A stretch of 33,560 nt of DNA from Proteromonas lacertae. Its lineage: Eukaryota. A program made the translations under genes and the position numbers. Location: the NCBI GenBank assembly GCA_002245135.1, contig NGBS01000341.1:1-33560 (forward strand), read 5' to 3'. Each line of letters begins with the position of its first letter. Within the stretch, counting starts at the first letter, position 1. Of this stretch, positions 22,182 through 32,433 are shown piece by piece. The notes beneath the pieces are model-generated. The model was not told the DNA's origin. It saw only the letters and a list, made by a program, of their open reading frames with translations, and made no database searches.

Positions 22182-23180
22182 ATGATCTATAGAATAGTCT
22201 TAATCATATTATTATGTTTTGTATTACTTTCTAATGACTACAGAGATAATATATACATTCATGAAGTATTGAAAATTAAAAAATTACTTCAAAATGATTA
22301 TGTATTATATATAAAATGCATTAATATTACACAGAAGATAAATTGTGGAAGATTAACTGCTAATATTAAAAGGAAACAAAAGATATTACATTTTAATAAA
22401 TATATGCTATTTGATAAACCAAATAATACAGTATCAAAAAGAATAAAAAAATGTGATAAAAGTGGTATTTCAGTTTTTTTTTCTATACAAACTGGACCAG
22501 ATTATTTCACAGAAAGATTGATTTATAGATCATTCTATTCAAAGTATTCTAATATTCAATTTTTCTTTTTTACAGGTAAGTCAGTTAATAAAACAATAAA
22601 TAAAATGGTATTATATGAAAATAGTTTATATAAAGATATTATAATTTTTCCTTTTATATCAAGATATTGTACTGCTTCTTTATCTTTTGTATCTGAAGTA
22701 AAATGGATAATGAATAATTGTTACAATTATAAATGGATAGTACATCATCAATCTGATGTATTTGTAAATGTAAATAAAACAATATCTTTACTACAATTTA
22801 CCAATTGCACAGAATGCAGTATAGGTAATGTTTTAGCAAATTCTAGAATTCATAGATCTAAAAGGAGTGTTTATTATGTTCCAGAAAATATATTACCTAA
22901 TGAGAAAATTTGGCCAAAATATTTTAATGGACCTGTAATATTTTTTTCACAAATGTCACTACAAATTATAAACAGCTTAATTGGAAAAATACATCCACAG
23001 TTTTGGTTAGATGATGTATATATAGGATTGTTATTAAATTATACTAACATTACATTAATTGAGATGAATAAATTCAACTTTTATTCATCTATATCTTTAG
23101 AAAAAGCTAAATCCCTTTATGCCATCCATGATTTATATCCTTCAGAATTATTTTATTTGACTAAACACATTAAAAGTTAA
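22182..23180 (+). CDS. GT31 beta-1,3-galactosyltransferase-like protein
   Basis: Intact 332 aa; ERLIYRSFY, FFFTG, ENSLYKDII, WIMNNC, SDVFVN, HRSKRSVYYVP, WPKYFNGP, WLDDVYIG. Confidence 0.85.
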   Translation: MIYRIVLIILLCFVLLSNDYRDNIYIHEVLKIKKLLQNDYVLYIKCINITQKINCGRLTANIKRKQKILHFNKYMLFDKPNNTVSKRIKKCDKSGISVFFSIQTGPDYFTERLIYRSFYSKYSNIQFFFFTGKSVNKTINKMVLYENSLYKDIIIFPFISRYCTASLSFVSEVKWIMNNCYNYKWIVHHQSDVFVNVNKTISLLQFTNCTECSIGNVLANSRIHRSKRSVYYVPENILPNEKIWPKYFNGPVIFFSQMSLQIINSLIGKIHPQFWLDDVYIGLLLNYTNITLIEMNKFNFYSSISLEKAKSLYAIHDLYPSELFYLTKHIKS

Positions 23181-23382
23181 TTCTTATCTATGTTGATAAG
23201 AATATATTTAAATGATAAATTAACAATATAAATATATATGGATGTACAGCTTGATAAATATATGAAATGTCAATATATTCATATTTTCAGATATTTTTAA
23301 CACTCTATTTTTGCATAATATACTAAGCTTATTAGTTTAGCAAATTATTAAGATGTTTTATTATATTAATTAAATACAAATA

Positions 23383-24162
23383 ATGATAAAACTAGTAGTT
23401 AAAACATTTCTTTTTTATATATTCTATATTCTTTATGTAAATTATAATTTCTATTCTTATTTAAATATATTTGAATTTCATATTAATATATATTCATGTA
23501 ATAGACCTATATATTTGAATAAGACTATTATGTCCATTATGTTACATTTAGGTACGTACAAATCTATTAAGAAATATAGTATCGTTTGGTATGATCAAGG
23601 CACTATAGACAGAGATAAAATATTTAATACTTATGCTTTATACAATTCATTCTATTTAAACCCTTTAGGATATTCATATTCATTTTTTTTGTCTTTTTCA
23701 TATATACCATCGATGTATGTTTTATTATTAGAAGAAGATTGGATAATAGATGAAAATATTTCATTAACATTTAAAAACTTCATAAGTATTTCAATTAGCA
23801 TATTACAATGTAGACAGAAAGTATCAGGAATAGTTTTAAGGAGTTTTCCTTATTCTAAGTTAGAAAAGCTAATTTTAAATATTAACAACAATAATTTAGA
23901 AGTGTATATACTAATTAAACCGTATAATAATTTCTCATATATTAATGGACCAAGTATATATAGTAGCAAGTTATTGTCATTATTGCCACAATATAAAGAT
24001 GAAATAAGTGTGGCACATTGGTTTTATAATTTAGGGTATAGATTAGCTATATTTAATAACACTGGAAAATTAGAAGAAGGTAAAAATATTGCAGAACATG
24101 TTTTTATTCACATTGGAAGTAATACAACAAAAAAAGGTATATGCAAATTTTTCATATACTAG
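23383..24162 (+). CDS. GT-A/GT2-like glycosyltransferase, type II membrane (intact member of a 3-copy family)
   Basis: 259 aa; IYSCNRPIYLNKT, VWYDQGT, YVLLLEEDW, SYINGPSIY, FIHIG. Confidence 0.78.
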   Translation: MIKLVVKTFLFYIFYILYVNYNFYSYLNIFEFHINIYSCNRPIYLNKTIMSIMLHLGTYKSIKKYSIVWYDQGTIDRDKIFNTYALYNSFYLNPLGYSYSFFLSFSYIPSMYVLLLEEDWIIDENISLTFKNFISISISILQCRQKVSGIVLRSFPYSKLEKLILNINNNNLEVYILIKPYNNFSYINGPSIYSSKLLSLLPQYKDEISVAHWFYNLGYRLAIFNNTGKLEEGKNIAEHVFIHIGSNTTKKGICKFFIY

Positions 24163-24297
24163 GTTTATCTTCACACTTTACTAAAAAAGAATAAAATTCA
24201 TATATATTGATTTCATAAACTGAATAGTGTGGGTTTAATTTCTTATTTTATTCCCTAATATATTATTATTATTATTAAAATACTTACTTTATATAAT

Positions 24298-24575
24298 GCC
24301 AACATCGACGGCTAAGGACTGACGCTTGTACTCCGAGTGGACTGCTTGAAGATGTAAACATTTTGTATGAGACTCTAAGCTAAAGGACATGAAACAATAG
24401 CTATCGATGAAGGACAATCGTAAGGTTGATATGTTAAGGAACTTCTCATCAGACTACTCTCGGAGGATGAATGCCTAATCGCAGTTCTCATCATTGTGGG
24501 CTATCACCGGGATTATCATATAAGCAATCTGGCAAGAGGTGTTACAGGAATTGTATAAGGCTGCGATGTGATTGC
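24298..24575. mobile_element. GC-richer element fragment, unidentified
   Basis: Sharp compositional island with broken frames, similar in character to the other GC-richer fragments; no alignment to them established. Confidence 0.3.
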
Positions 24576-24632
24576 CCATTAAGTTATTTAAATACTTCTA
24601 TAATACTATTTTGTGAATTGACTGAATACCTA

Positions 24633-24814
24633 TGTTGTGCGCCGTTTGTCATAGTTGGCCATTTGTCTGCCTGACACTTTTAAAACAAAATTAATGTTTA
24701 TTCTTATTTTTCCTGATGAAAAATTGTTACTTTTATTACTTACTTTGTTATATGACCTACCTCCGCAGTATTCTTTTTTGTTAATATAAATAGTATGAAT
24801 ATTTGTGCCATTTG
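24633..24814 (-). repeat. Ginger-type terminal repeat, copy 4 (opposite orientation, begins TGTTG)
   Basis: TGTTGTGCGCCGTTTGTCATAGTTGGCCATTTGTCTGCCTGACACTTTT... is the reverse complement of copy 2. Confidence 0.9.
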
Positions 24815-24916
24815 TTTTTTAGAAATTTTTGAAGCAAACTAAATGCATATTACTTATACAATCTTTCACAATACTTCATACAATATTTCATAATACTTAT
24901 ACGTAACGACATTTGT

Positions 24917-26402
24917 TGCAAAATAGATATACTGCGTTGCATAAAAAAAAAAATCATTCATGCCATTGCATAACTATTATACCATTTTGCATATTACTTA
25001 TACTTTTTATCAAGCCATTTCATATTACATATATATAATTGCAAAATAAATATACAAATCTCAAGCCTTTTCAAGAATTTCTATTCTTTTATTATACAAT
25101 GAGCTTATATTATGTTGATACAACCAACTCCACCAGTAGAGTTTGTTCCTGAAGGTGATAGAGCTTTGGCGCCAAATCCAGAAGAGTTTTTAACTAACGA
25201 AGAGTTATTAGAAATAACAAATGTTGCTGAGCCAACACATGAGCAAAGAGATCAGCCAGTTAGGGAAAAAAGAGTATATGTTAGTGTATCGCAGACACAG
25301 ATAGATATTCTGAAGCGTGTATATGCTAAAGAAGGAAGAGAATATCCCTTACAGTCGTATCAATCAATTACAGGAATTAAACCAAAAAGGAATTAATCAT
25401 GAGTCATTATTGCTTTCAAATACTGTAAAAGAAAACAACACTATCAATTTAAATGGTTTAAAAGAAAAAATCTTCACAGAAACTGGTAAGCATACATTTA
25501 AATCAACTATTTGTCGTCATCTCAACAAAAGAATGACAGAATACAACTGTAAGAACATTACCTTAAAGCGTTACAATTCCAGAGCAGCTCTACCAGAAAT
25601 GATTCCAACATTACTAGAGGAAAGAATAGAAGTTATTAAATTATTAATATACTATACTAGACTTGTAAATGGACGTGCAAGGTCTGACGATGAAACAACA
25701 CCAATCGTTCATATGGCTAGAGGTGCTACTGATATTACAACAAATAGTATTTACGGACCAAATAGTATTGAGGTATTTACAACATACTTGAAATACTTAT
25801 TAGATGATCTAAAATGAAAGGGTAAATTCTGCTTTTTTATGGACAATGTAAATATCCATCATTCAGACCAGGTTAAAATGCTGATTGAAGGATCTTATAA
25901 TAAACTTTTATTCAATGCTAAATACTCCAGTCCTCTTAACCCAATAGAAAATATCTTTGGTATATGAAAAAAAAGGGCTGAAACATCCATTTACCAGAAC
26001 AGAAATCAAATATTTGAAAGTATAACAAATTCATTTTCTACTATCAGTCCTGCTGAATTTTTCAGCACTATTGAAGATATAAACTTCAAAATATAAAGGA
26101 CTGCTATGAAGAGGATAGATATATAACGCTCTATCCATACTTCTTGCCTATTTTAAAGAATTTATATTATGAATATTTAATAATTGTATTGTTTGTGTTG
26201 TATCAACATAATATAAGCTCATTGTATAATAAAAGAATAGAAATTCTTGAAAAGGCTTGAGATTTGTATATTTATTTTGCAATTATATATATGTAATATG
26301 AAATGGCTTGATAAAAAGTATAAGTAATATGCAAAATGGTATAATAGTTATGCAATGGCATGAATGATTTTTTTTTATGCAACGCAGTATATCTATTTTG
26401 CA
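24917..26402 (+). mobile_element. Tc1/mariner-IS630 (DD34E) transposon with long TIRs and a defective transposase
   Basis: TIRs at 24917-25124 and 26197-26402 appear identical except for an A11/T9 run. Transposase remnants at 25112-26126: HTH (FKSTICRHL) and FFMDNVNIHHS-...-YSSPLNPIENIFGI*K (34 residues between D and E). Stops at 25815, 25965 and 26094; first catalytic D region missing. Confidence 0.92.
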
Positions 26403-26590
26403 GTAGGCGGAAACTCGTAGGTCGCTTTCGTAAATTAGAGTATGGCTCAATGTAACACAGTTAAGCCTAACACTACCTTTAACCCTAGCCTTGTAAAAGT
26501 CAACTCTGAATCTAGAAAAGGATGAACTCCTAGAAAACTCGTTAAGACTCTGTGAAATTGAGCAATAGTCCTATTTATATACTATATAAT
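26403..26590 (+). repeat. Family C-related fragment, copy D
   Basis: CTCGTAGGTCGCTTTCGTAAATTAGAGTATGGCTCAATGTAACACAG resembles the C tail; GTCCTATTTATATACTATATA (~26567) matches the reverse complement of ~30653-30672. Confidence 0.5.
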
Positions 26591-26660
26591 GAAGCAATAG
26601 GAAGATAATGAAAAGAATGGATTTGCTATAATTAATATATCTTCATAATCTTATTAAAAT

Positions 26661-27300
26661 CTAATAAAGCGATATATTACATGATCCAGATTTTGTGCTT
26701 TTCTTGCCAATATGTACAATTACGCATTGTTCGCTTGTGCTAATTGGTACATCTAATCTATAGAATGAGGAAAAGAACATCTATATATATACATGCTCCA
26801 TTTGTAAATGAATATCTTTTCCTCATTCTACTCAATACATTCAATTCATGTCTTCCCATATCCGTTATTATAGTCACTGTGTAGTTAACATTAATATCTC
26901 TTATTTCTCTCAATAATATTCCATATACATATCTATAGCTATTTAAAATCATAATAGATTCTTTGATAAAATATGGATAATATATTTCCATTTCAATATC
27001 ATCTATAACTTTCCAATCTTCTTCCAGTATAAGCAAATATAATTTAGTGAATAAGTTGCTGGATTGAAATAAAAAGAATTCTGTAAATTATATTTTTTTG
27101 AAATATAATATCTTTGTGCAGTTCCTTGATCAAGAAAAATAATTGAATAGAACAATTTGACCTCGTAATTATGTAAATGTTTCATAAAAGAATATAATGT
27201 CCTATTAAGATAGATAAACCTATTACATGCTATAACTGAAATTAATAATAGTTTACTATCGTTTTCTAATCTATTAATATTACTGTATATTATATTCTAT
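26661..27300 (-). pseudogene. GT-A/GT2-like paralog of 23383-24162, broken by internal deletions
   Basis: ISVIACNRFIYLNRT...IIFLDQGTAQR...NSFYFNP / LILEEDW...YGILLR...SFTNGACIY / VIVHIGKKSTKSGSCNISLY*, spread over shifting frames. Confidence 0.85.
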
Positions 27301-27329
27301 AAATACCTAAATACATATATTTTACCTAA

Positions 27330-27925
27330 ATACCTAAATACCTAAATTATATGTATGATTATACTTAATAATTATTTCTTCAATTCAGGAACTTTTGAAT
27401 AGAGAGAAGGAAAATAAATTACATTTTCTGCCCTCGCTCCTCTACATTTTCCATATCCTCAATCATACATATGAATAAGTGATTTGCATAATTTTTTATG
27501 TTCTTTGCATATTTGTACGAAAAGCTTTCCTATAGCATTTAAATTATCTTCTTTATAAATATAAATAGTTTTATTTTTTTGAATAACTTGTATTGCCTTA
27601 TTAATTAAAGTCAAAATATATGTATAATTCAATCCTTCCATTCTTTTTTCTGGGGAGTAGTAAATTGCTTTAATATGTGGGCTTCCTTCTAATATATATT
27701 GTTCTAAATATTGCGGACATCCAAAATGTATATGTCCCAAATGTATAACAACTCCACGATCTGATATAAAAGGAAAATTAAGTAAACCAGTACCAGGGCC
27801 GCTTATGTAAATATGTATTTTACTCATTATCTTTAGCTGCTCATAAAAAGACGAAGTATTTCTATAATCAATGTATATAAATCATCCCATAATGTATGGC
27901 CATAATTACTTGCATATAACCAATC
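27330..27925 (-). pseudogene. GT61-like (DUF563-type) glycosyltransferase relic
   Basis: ASNYGHTLWDDLY is joined directly (different frame) to YIDYRNTSSFYEQLKIMSKIHIYISGPGTGLLNFPFISDRGVVIHLG; N-terminus and middle missing; stop at 27459. Confidence 0.6.
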
Positions 27926-27927
27926 AT

Positions 27928-29273
27928 TTACCAAAATTCATTCTTTTCATATGAATGATTAGAAAATTCAATTTCTCCATTTTCAAAATATATTGAATTT
28001 GCAGATAATCCCACTGTGCTTCTTAATTCATCAATTATTCTAACAACATTACTTTTACGTGTACCACTATATCCGCTACAATACAATGCTGCCTTTATAT
28101 CCGTGATAAAATTTAATGTCATTTCAGCTCCTCTTCTCATATTTTCTGATAAGTTGTCATTTTTTCTTGGAAATTTATGATAATATAATTTAAAATTTTT
28201 CATTATTCTAAAATAATTAATTACATTAGGATCATCAGTTGATAAATATATTGGAATATCAAATCCTCTAATTCTTTTATAAATTAAATAAGATGGTATA
28301 TAGTCTTTAGCTTCTAATAAAGTCATCTCTTTATACTTATCTCCATGTCTAACCCATATATTAAAACATCCTTTTACCAATTTTCTTCCTAATGAATGTA
28401 TTAGCATTTTATTAGTTTCAATATTAGTTTTTTCATTTAGTCTAAATATAAAAGTAGTGGCTTGAATTCTATAATAATGAAGCATTTTATGTTTATCTAT
28501 AGGCGATCGTTTAATAATTTTCTATAATCTTGTACATTACTAATATAAAGATATTTCTCTTTTTGACTGAAGTTTGTAAATCTATTAGAACTTTGAATTT
28601 CAGTTTGTGATAAACTACAGTTTGTCATTTGTTCAATGAAACATAACCAATTTCTTTGTTTACTACAAAATCTTCCATATGCTTTAGCTGTGTTATAAAA
28701 TGGATCTAAAATAGCTATTCTGTTTGTTACAATTGCTAATGATAAATAAGATGTTATAACATGTATTTCAGAACCATGTCCAGAGGAATAACCTTTTATT
28801 ATTAAAAATTTCTTATTATTGCAATCAGAAGGATGTTGATAATTATATAAATAATTTTGTATTTCATATGTATGACTGATTACATTATTATAATTATTCT
28901 TATTTGGTGGTTTAAATCTCAAATAGGATTTGTCGGGAAATTTTCCATTTATAGATATATATTTTATATTTTGTATAGAAGAGTACAATCTATGATAGTA
29001 ACATGTATTGTTAATAATGAAAAAACCCATCTCTTTAAAAAAACAACAAATATATTTAGTATTATTTTTATATAAATTGTACCAAAGATCCTTTCCTAAT
29101 TTATATGTTGTATTCACATAATTATTATTTGTAATATATTTACTACAACAACAGTTTTTGGTAAAGTTATATGATTTATATGAAAAATAACCAAAATATG
29201 TAAAATATATTTTATAGCATAATATAATAAATATAATAATCACAGTATAATTCAATAAAATTCTACTTTTCAT
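27928..29273 (-). pseudogene. FUT8/GT23-like alpha-1,6-fucosyltransferase with one frameshift at ~28510 (real or sequencing error)
   Basis: Anchor; YQHPSDCNNKKFL...SGHGSEIHV...AIVTNR; IWVRHGDKYKEM; YLSTDDP; GTRKSNVVRIIDELR. Adding one A (TTA AAA CGA TCG CCT) joins both ORFs. Confidence 0.88.
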
Positions 29274-29565
29274 TTTGTAAGAAACAAATTTTCATAGTTG
29301 TTTGGTGAAGCAAAATACTCAAAAATGACAAAGAATTATAGATATGACCAAACAACTCTATTATTGAAACAATTTATATTATGATTAAATCATAAAATAT
29401 AAATTTGTTAATTGTAAATATAACGAATATACTTCATTATTCTAAAAAGCATTTCCTATAAGTTGGGTAAAACAACAACTTGGGTAAGTTAAAGAACTTA
29501 TACCATAAAGGTATAAGTAAATGCAAAGTAAATGAAATAGACTATGAAGTTCCTATACTATATAG

Positions 29566-30651
29566 CAGGGTTGTATTTATTGGTTACCGACGGAGATAGG
29601 TCAAAACCTATAGGTTTTGCCTTGACCGTCGGTCGGTCAAGCCATACAAGCCGTATATTATAAAATCTATTTTAATTCATTATATACTAATTTTCCCTTC
29701 ATAAAAACTATCTTATAATATATTTTAATACTTGATTCATATATTTTCAATTCAATTAAATAATTTTTAACTTTTTATAAAGAATTACAATTTAATACTC
29801 AACAATAATTAGGTATTTTATATAATTATGTTCTAATTTATTTCTACTAATCATTAGTTTCATTTGTAATCTATCACATGATAAATTTGATTTGGATAAG
29901 TTACTTATTTGTCCAGCCTAGGAAAATATTCTTTCTGGCTCTGAAGATGTTGCTAGACTGTTTAAACTGTTCTTGGCAAGTATGTATACCCTAGGAAACT
30001 TGGACTTTAATGATAGCCAGATATTTCCAATGGTTTCAGAGGTGCTGTAATGAATATTATATTGCAAATATTCTTGTACTTCATTTGGCATAATTAATCT
30101 CTTTCTTTTTACTGCAAATGCATTTATCAAGTCTTTTTATCTTTAACATATTATACCAAAAGGTTTTGTAAAAGTTAAAATTAAGATGTATAAGCATATT
30201 TGCCTCTTTTAAGGCAATAACTTCACGAGCCGCTCCAATTGGTAAAACTATACTCCTAGAATATATAATGATAGATTATATTAGATACATTTATGATAAT
30301 TTTAAGAAATGATTAATGTCAAGCTAAAAGTTTGCCATTTTTTCTTTCAAATTTTTATAATCATTTTATACTTTATATTACATATATAACACAATAGTAT
30401 AACTCATTGGTAAGGTTAGATTCAATTATGAAGAAAGAAAAAAGCGCATCGACCGACGGTTAATTCGGTATTTTATAGAATGATATATAGAGCTTGAATT
30501 CAATATGTACAGTTAGATAATATTATTAATATCACATGTTTAGGAGGAGGTCAGCTAATAGTTACTACAGCCTGGTGTCGGTCAACATTTGTTTATTGAC
30601 CTACGACCGATCGGTTTTCTCCGTCGGTCATGACCGATTTATACAACCCTG
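29566..30651 (-). mobile_element. Non-autonomous hAT transposon (1086 bp) with 8-bp TSD
   Basis: TIR CAGGGTTGTAT...ATACAACCCTG; TSD CTATATAG at 29558-29565 and 30652-30659; subterminal ACCGAC/GTCGGT repeats; hATC dimerisation remnant W...KFPRVYILAK...ATSSEPERIFS (29918-30130). Confidence 0.95.
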
Positions 30652-31019
30652 CTATATAGTATATATATAGGACTTTGACCTTAACTACTCATTATCAAGT
30701 TACACAACTATTCATTATACAGGATTCTTCCTACAGAACTATCACCTACGAATATAAGAAGTGCTAGTTACCTCACTATGATGAATATAAGAAGGTTCTG
30801 ATGTCTCTTTGCTAAGCTGTTGAACTTGTACAGGCTTTCAATGGAATCTAAGGAGCTTCATAAAGGTAAGTAACAATGGCCTTATAACTCTCCTAGGTAA
30901 TTCATAGGTAAAAATGAGACTGCTATAGGAAGATATGTTTTATTGAAAATTATCATTTGGTAAACGGAGATTGAATAGGAATGATCCTAAAACCAAGTAC
31001 CTAATAGTCATTCTCTCAA

Positions 31020-32433
31020 TATGAAGATCATCACATGCACATATTTCTCCAATAGAGTAAAAGGTAATATTAGTACACTTAGGAGTTGCAGTTCTAATTC
31101 CTAAAAAAGTAAATAATACAACGCTAATCCATATATCTTCGCATGTATCAAAAAATGGTGGAGGATGATTCCATAATACTTTTAACCATTCTATTTTACC
31201 TCCCCATATATGTCCTCCAAAATCATACTCTATATGTGTGTTATACAATATTGGTATTCCTTTTAGTTTACTGAATGAAATTACTTTATAATTTCCATTT
31301 TTATCTATTAATCTTCCATTTCATGTTGCTAAATATCCTTTTTCTACTAATTCAAGCATATTTTGAAAGTACATATTTCCCCACCTAATATCATCATCAA
31401 TAATGAAAAAAAAATGAATAATCATTCACATTAAATAGTAAAGGCACTAAGAATCTAGCAAAATATCCTGTTTCTATTGTAGAATGTATATAATGTATAT
31501 ATATATTCTGTTTTGCAGAGGTATAATTAGAATAATCAACACTATTGATATGATTTCCATTTTGATAAATCACTATCAAAATATTATAATTCTTTAAATA
31601 CTTTTGTTTTAATATCAATTCCAATTGCCAACAGTAATTCATTCTTTTCCATACTGTAATGACATATATAATGTCATACACTTTTTTCATTGAATTACAT
31701 TTTGAAGTATAATAATTTAGTTTATAAGGAATTTTATTAATTAATATTTTGACAATCATACTACTAGTATTTCCTTTACCATATATTGCTGTGGAAGTGA
31801 TTAAATTATCACATTGTTCATTTTTTATAACGCATTTAATATTTGAATATATGTTTTCACTCTTTATGCCTATTAATTTTGCTGCTCCATAGTAAACAGC
31901 TTCGTATCTTTCTGTATTCTCTCTCAGTATTAATAACTTCTTCCCTAGGCTTACTGCTTCCTCTTGAATTCCTCCCGAATTAGTAACTACTAACGTAGAT
32001 ATATTAATAAGATGAATTATTTCAGAATATGATAAGGGGTTAAACAATTTTAATCTATTCAAATGCTTGTATTGAATATCTTCAATAACTTTTGACTTAA
32101 TCATCATAAGGTATAAATTCATAGGAATTACTTGTAAAATTGCTTGAATTACATATGGATTTGGATGAATTGGATATAACACTATTGTATCATTATTTTC
32201 TTTAACAATTCTAATAATTGTTTTTAATATATCATAATAATAGTGTTTATTTTCTCTTCTATGCATAGTGAAGAGTATAATATTTTTATAATCAGTCACA
32301 TAAATTCTATTTTATAATACAGTGAATCAATTACTGTATTTCCCACTAAATATATTTCAGAAGAAGATAAACAATCTTTATTCAAATTTTGTACATTAAA
32401 TATAGTAGCTGCAAAATGATATGAAGATATCTT
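31020..32433 (-). pseudogene. wecB: WecB-type UDP-GlcNAc 2-epimerase fused to a C-terminal GT-A glycosyltransferase domain; truncated at both ends
   Basis: HFAAT...VGNTVIDS...TMHRREN...PIHPNP...PLSY...VVTNSGGIQEEA...ILRENTERYE...IYGKG, then in frame VITVWKR...GYFARF. After a 1-nt slip in A9 (31406-31414): IIDDDIRWG...AT*NGR...DFGGHIW...EWL...TCEDIWIS. Confidence 0.88.

Noticed and set aside
9619..24162. Blastocystis-type poly(A)-created stop codons with a downstream TGTTTGTT motif
   Set aside because: The intact genes have encoded stops, and no such motif was seen just downstream of them.
6550..24814. CRISPR-like array from the GACAAACGGC repeats
   Set aside because: Copies are kilobases apart, 120-180 bp long and in mixed orientation; eukaryotic context with no cas genes.
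20682..24814. Composite transposon carrying the FucT-GT31-GT block
   Set aside because: The two ends face the wrong way (the genes lie outside both termini) and the flanks share no TSD.
3771..29075. Short antisense or overlapping ORFs (3771-4103, 4130-4363, 5921-6112, 9492-9728, 12211-12456, 13447-13644, 13842-14066, 17302-17502, 21126-21314, 24471-24674, 28857-29075)
   Set aside because: They are shadows of real genes or low-complexity AT-rich frames with no motifs.
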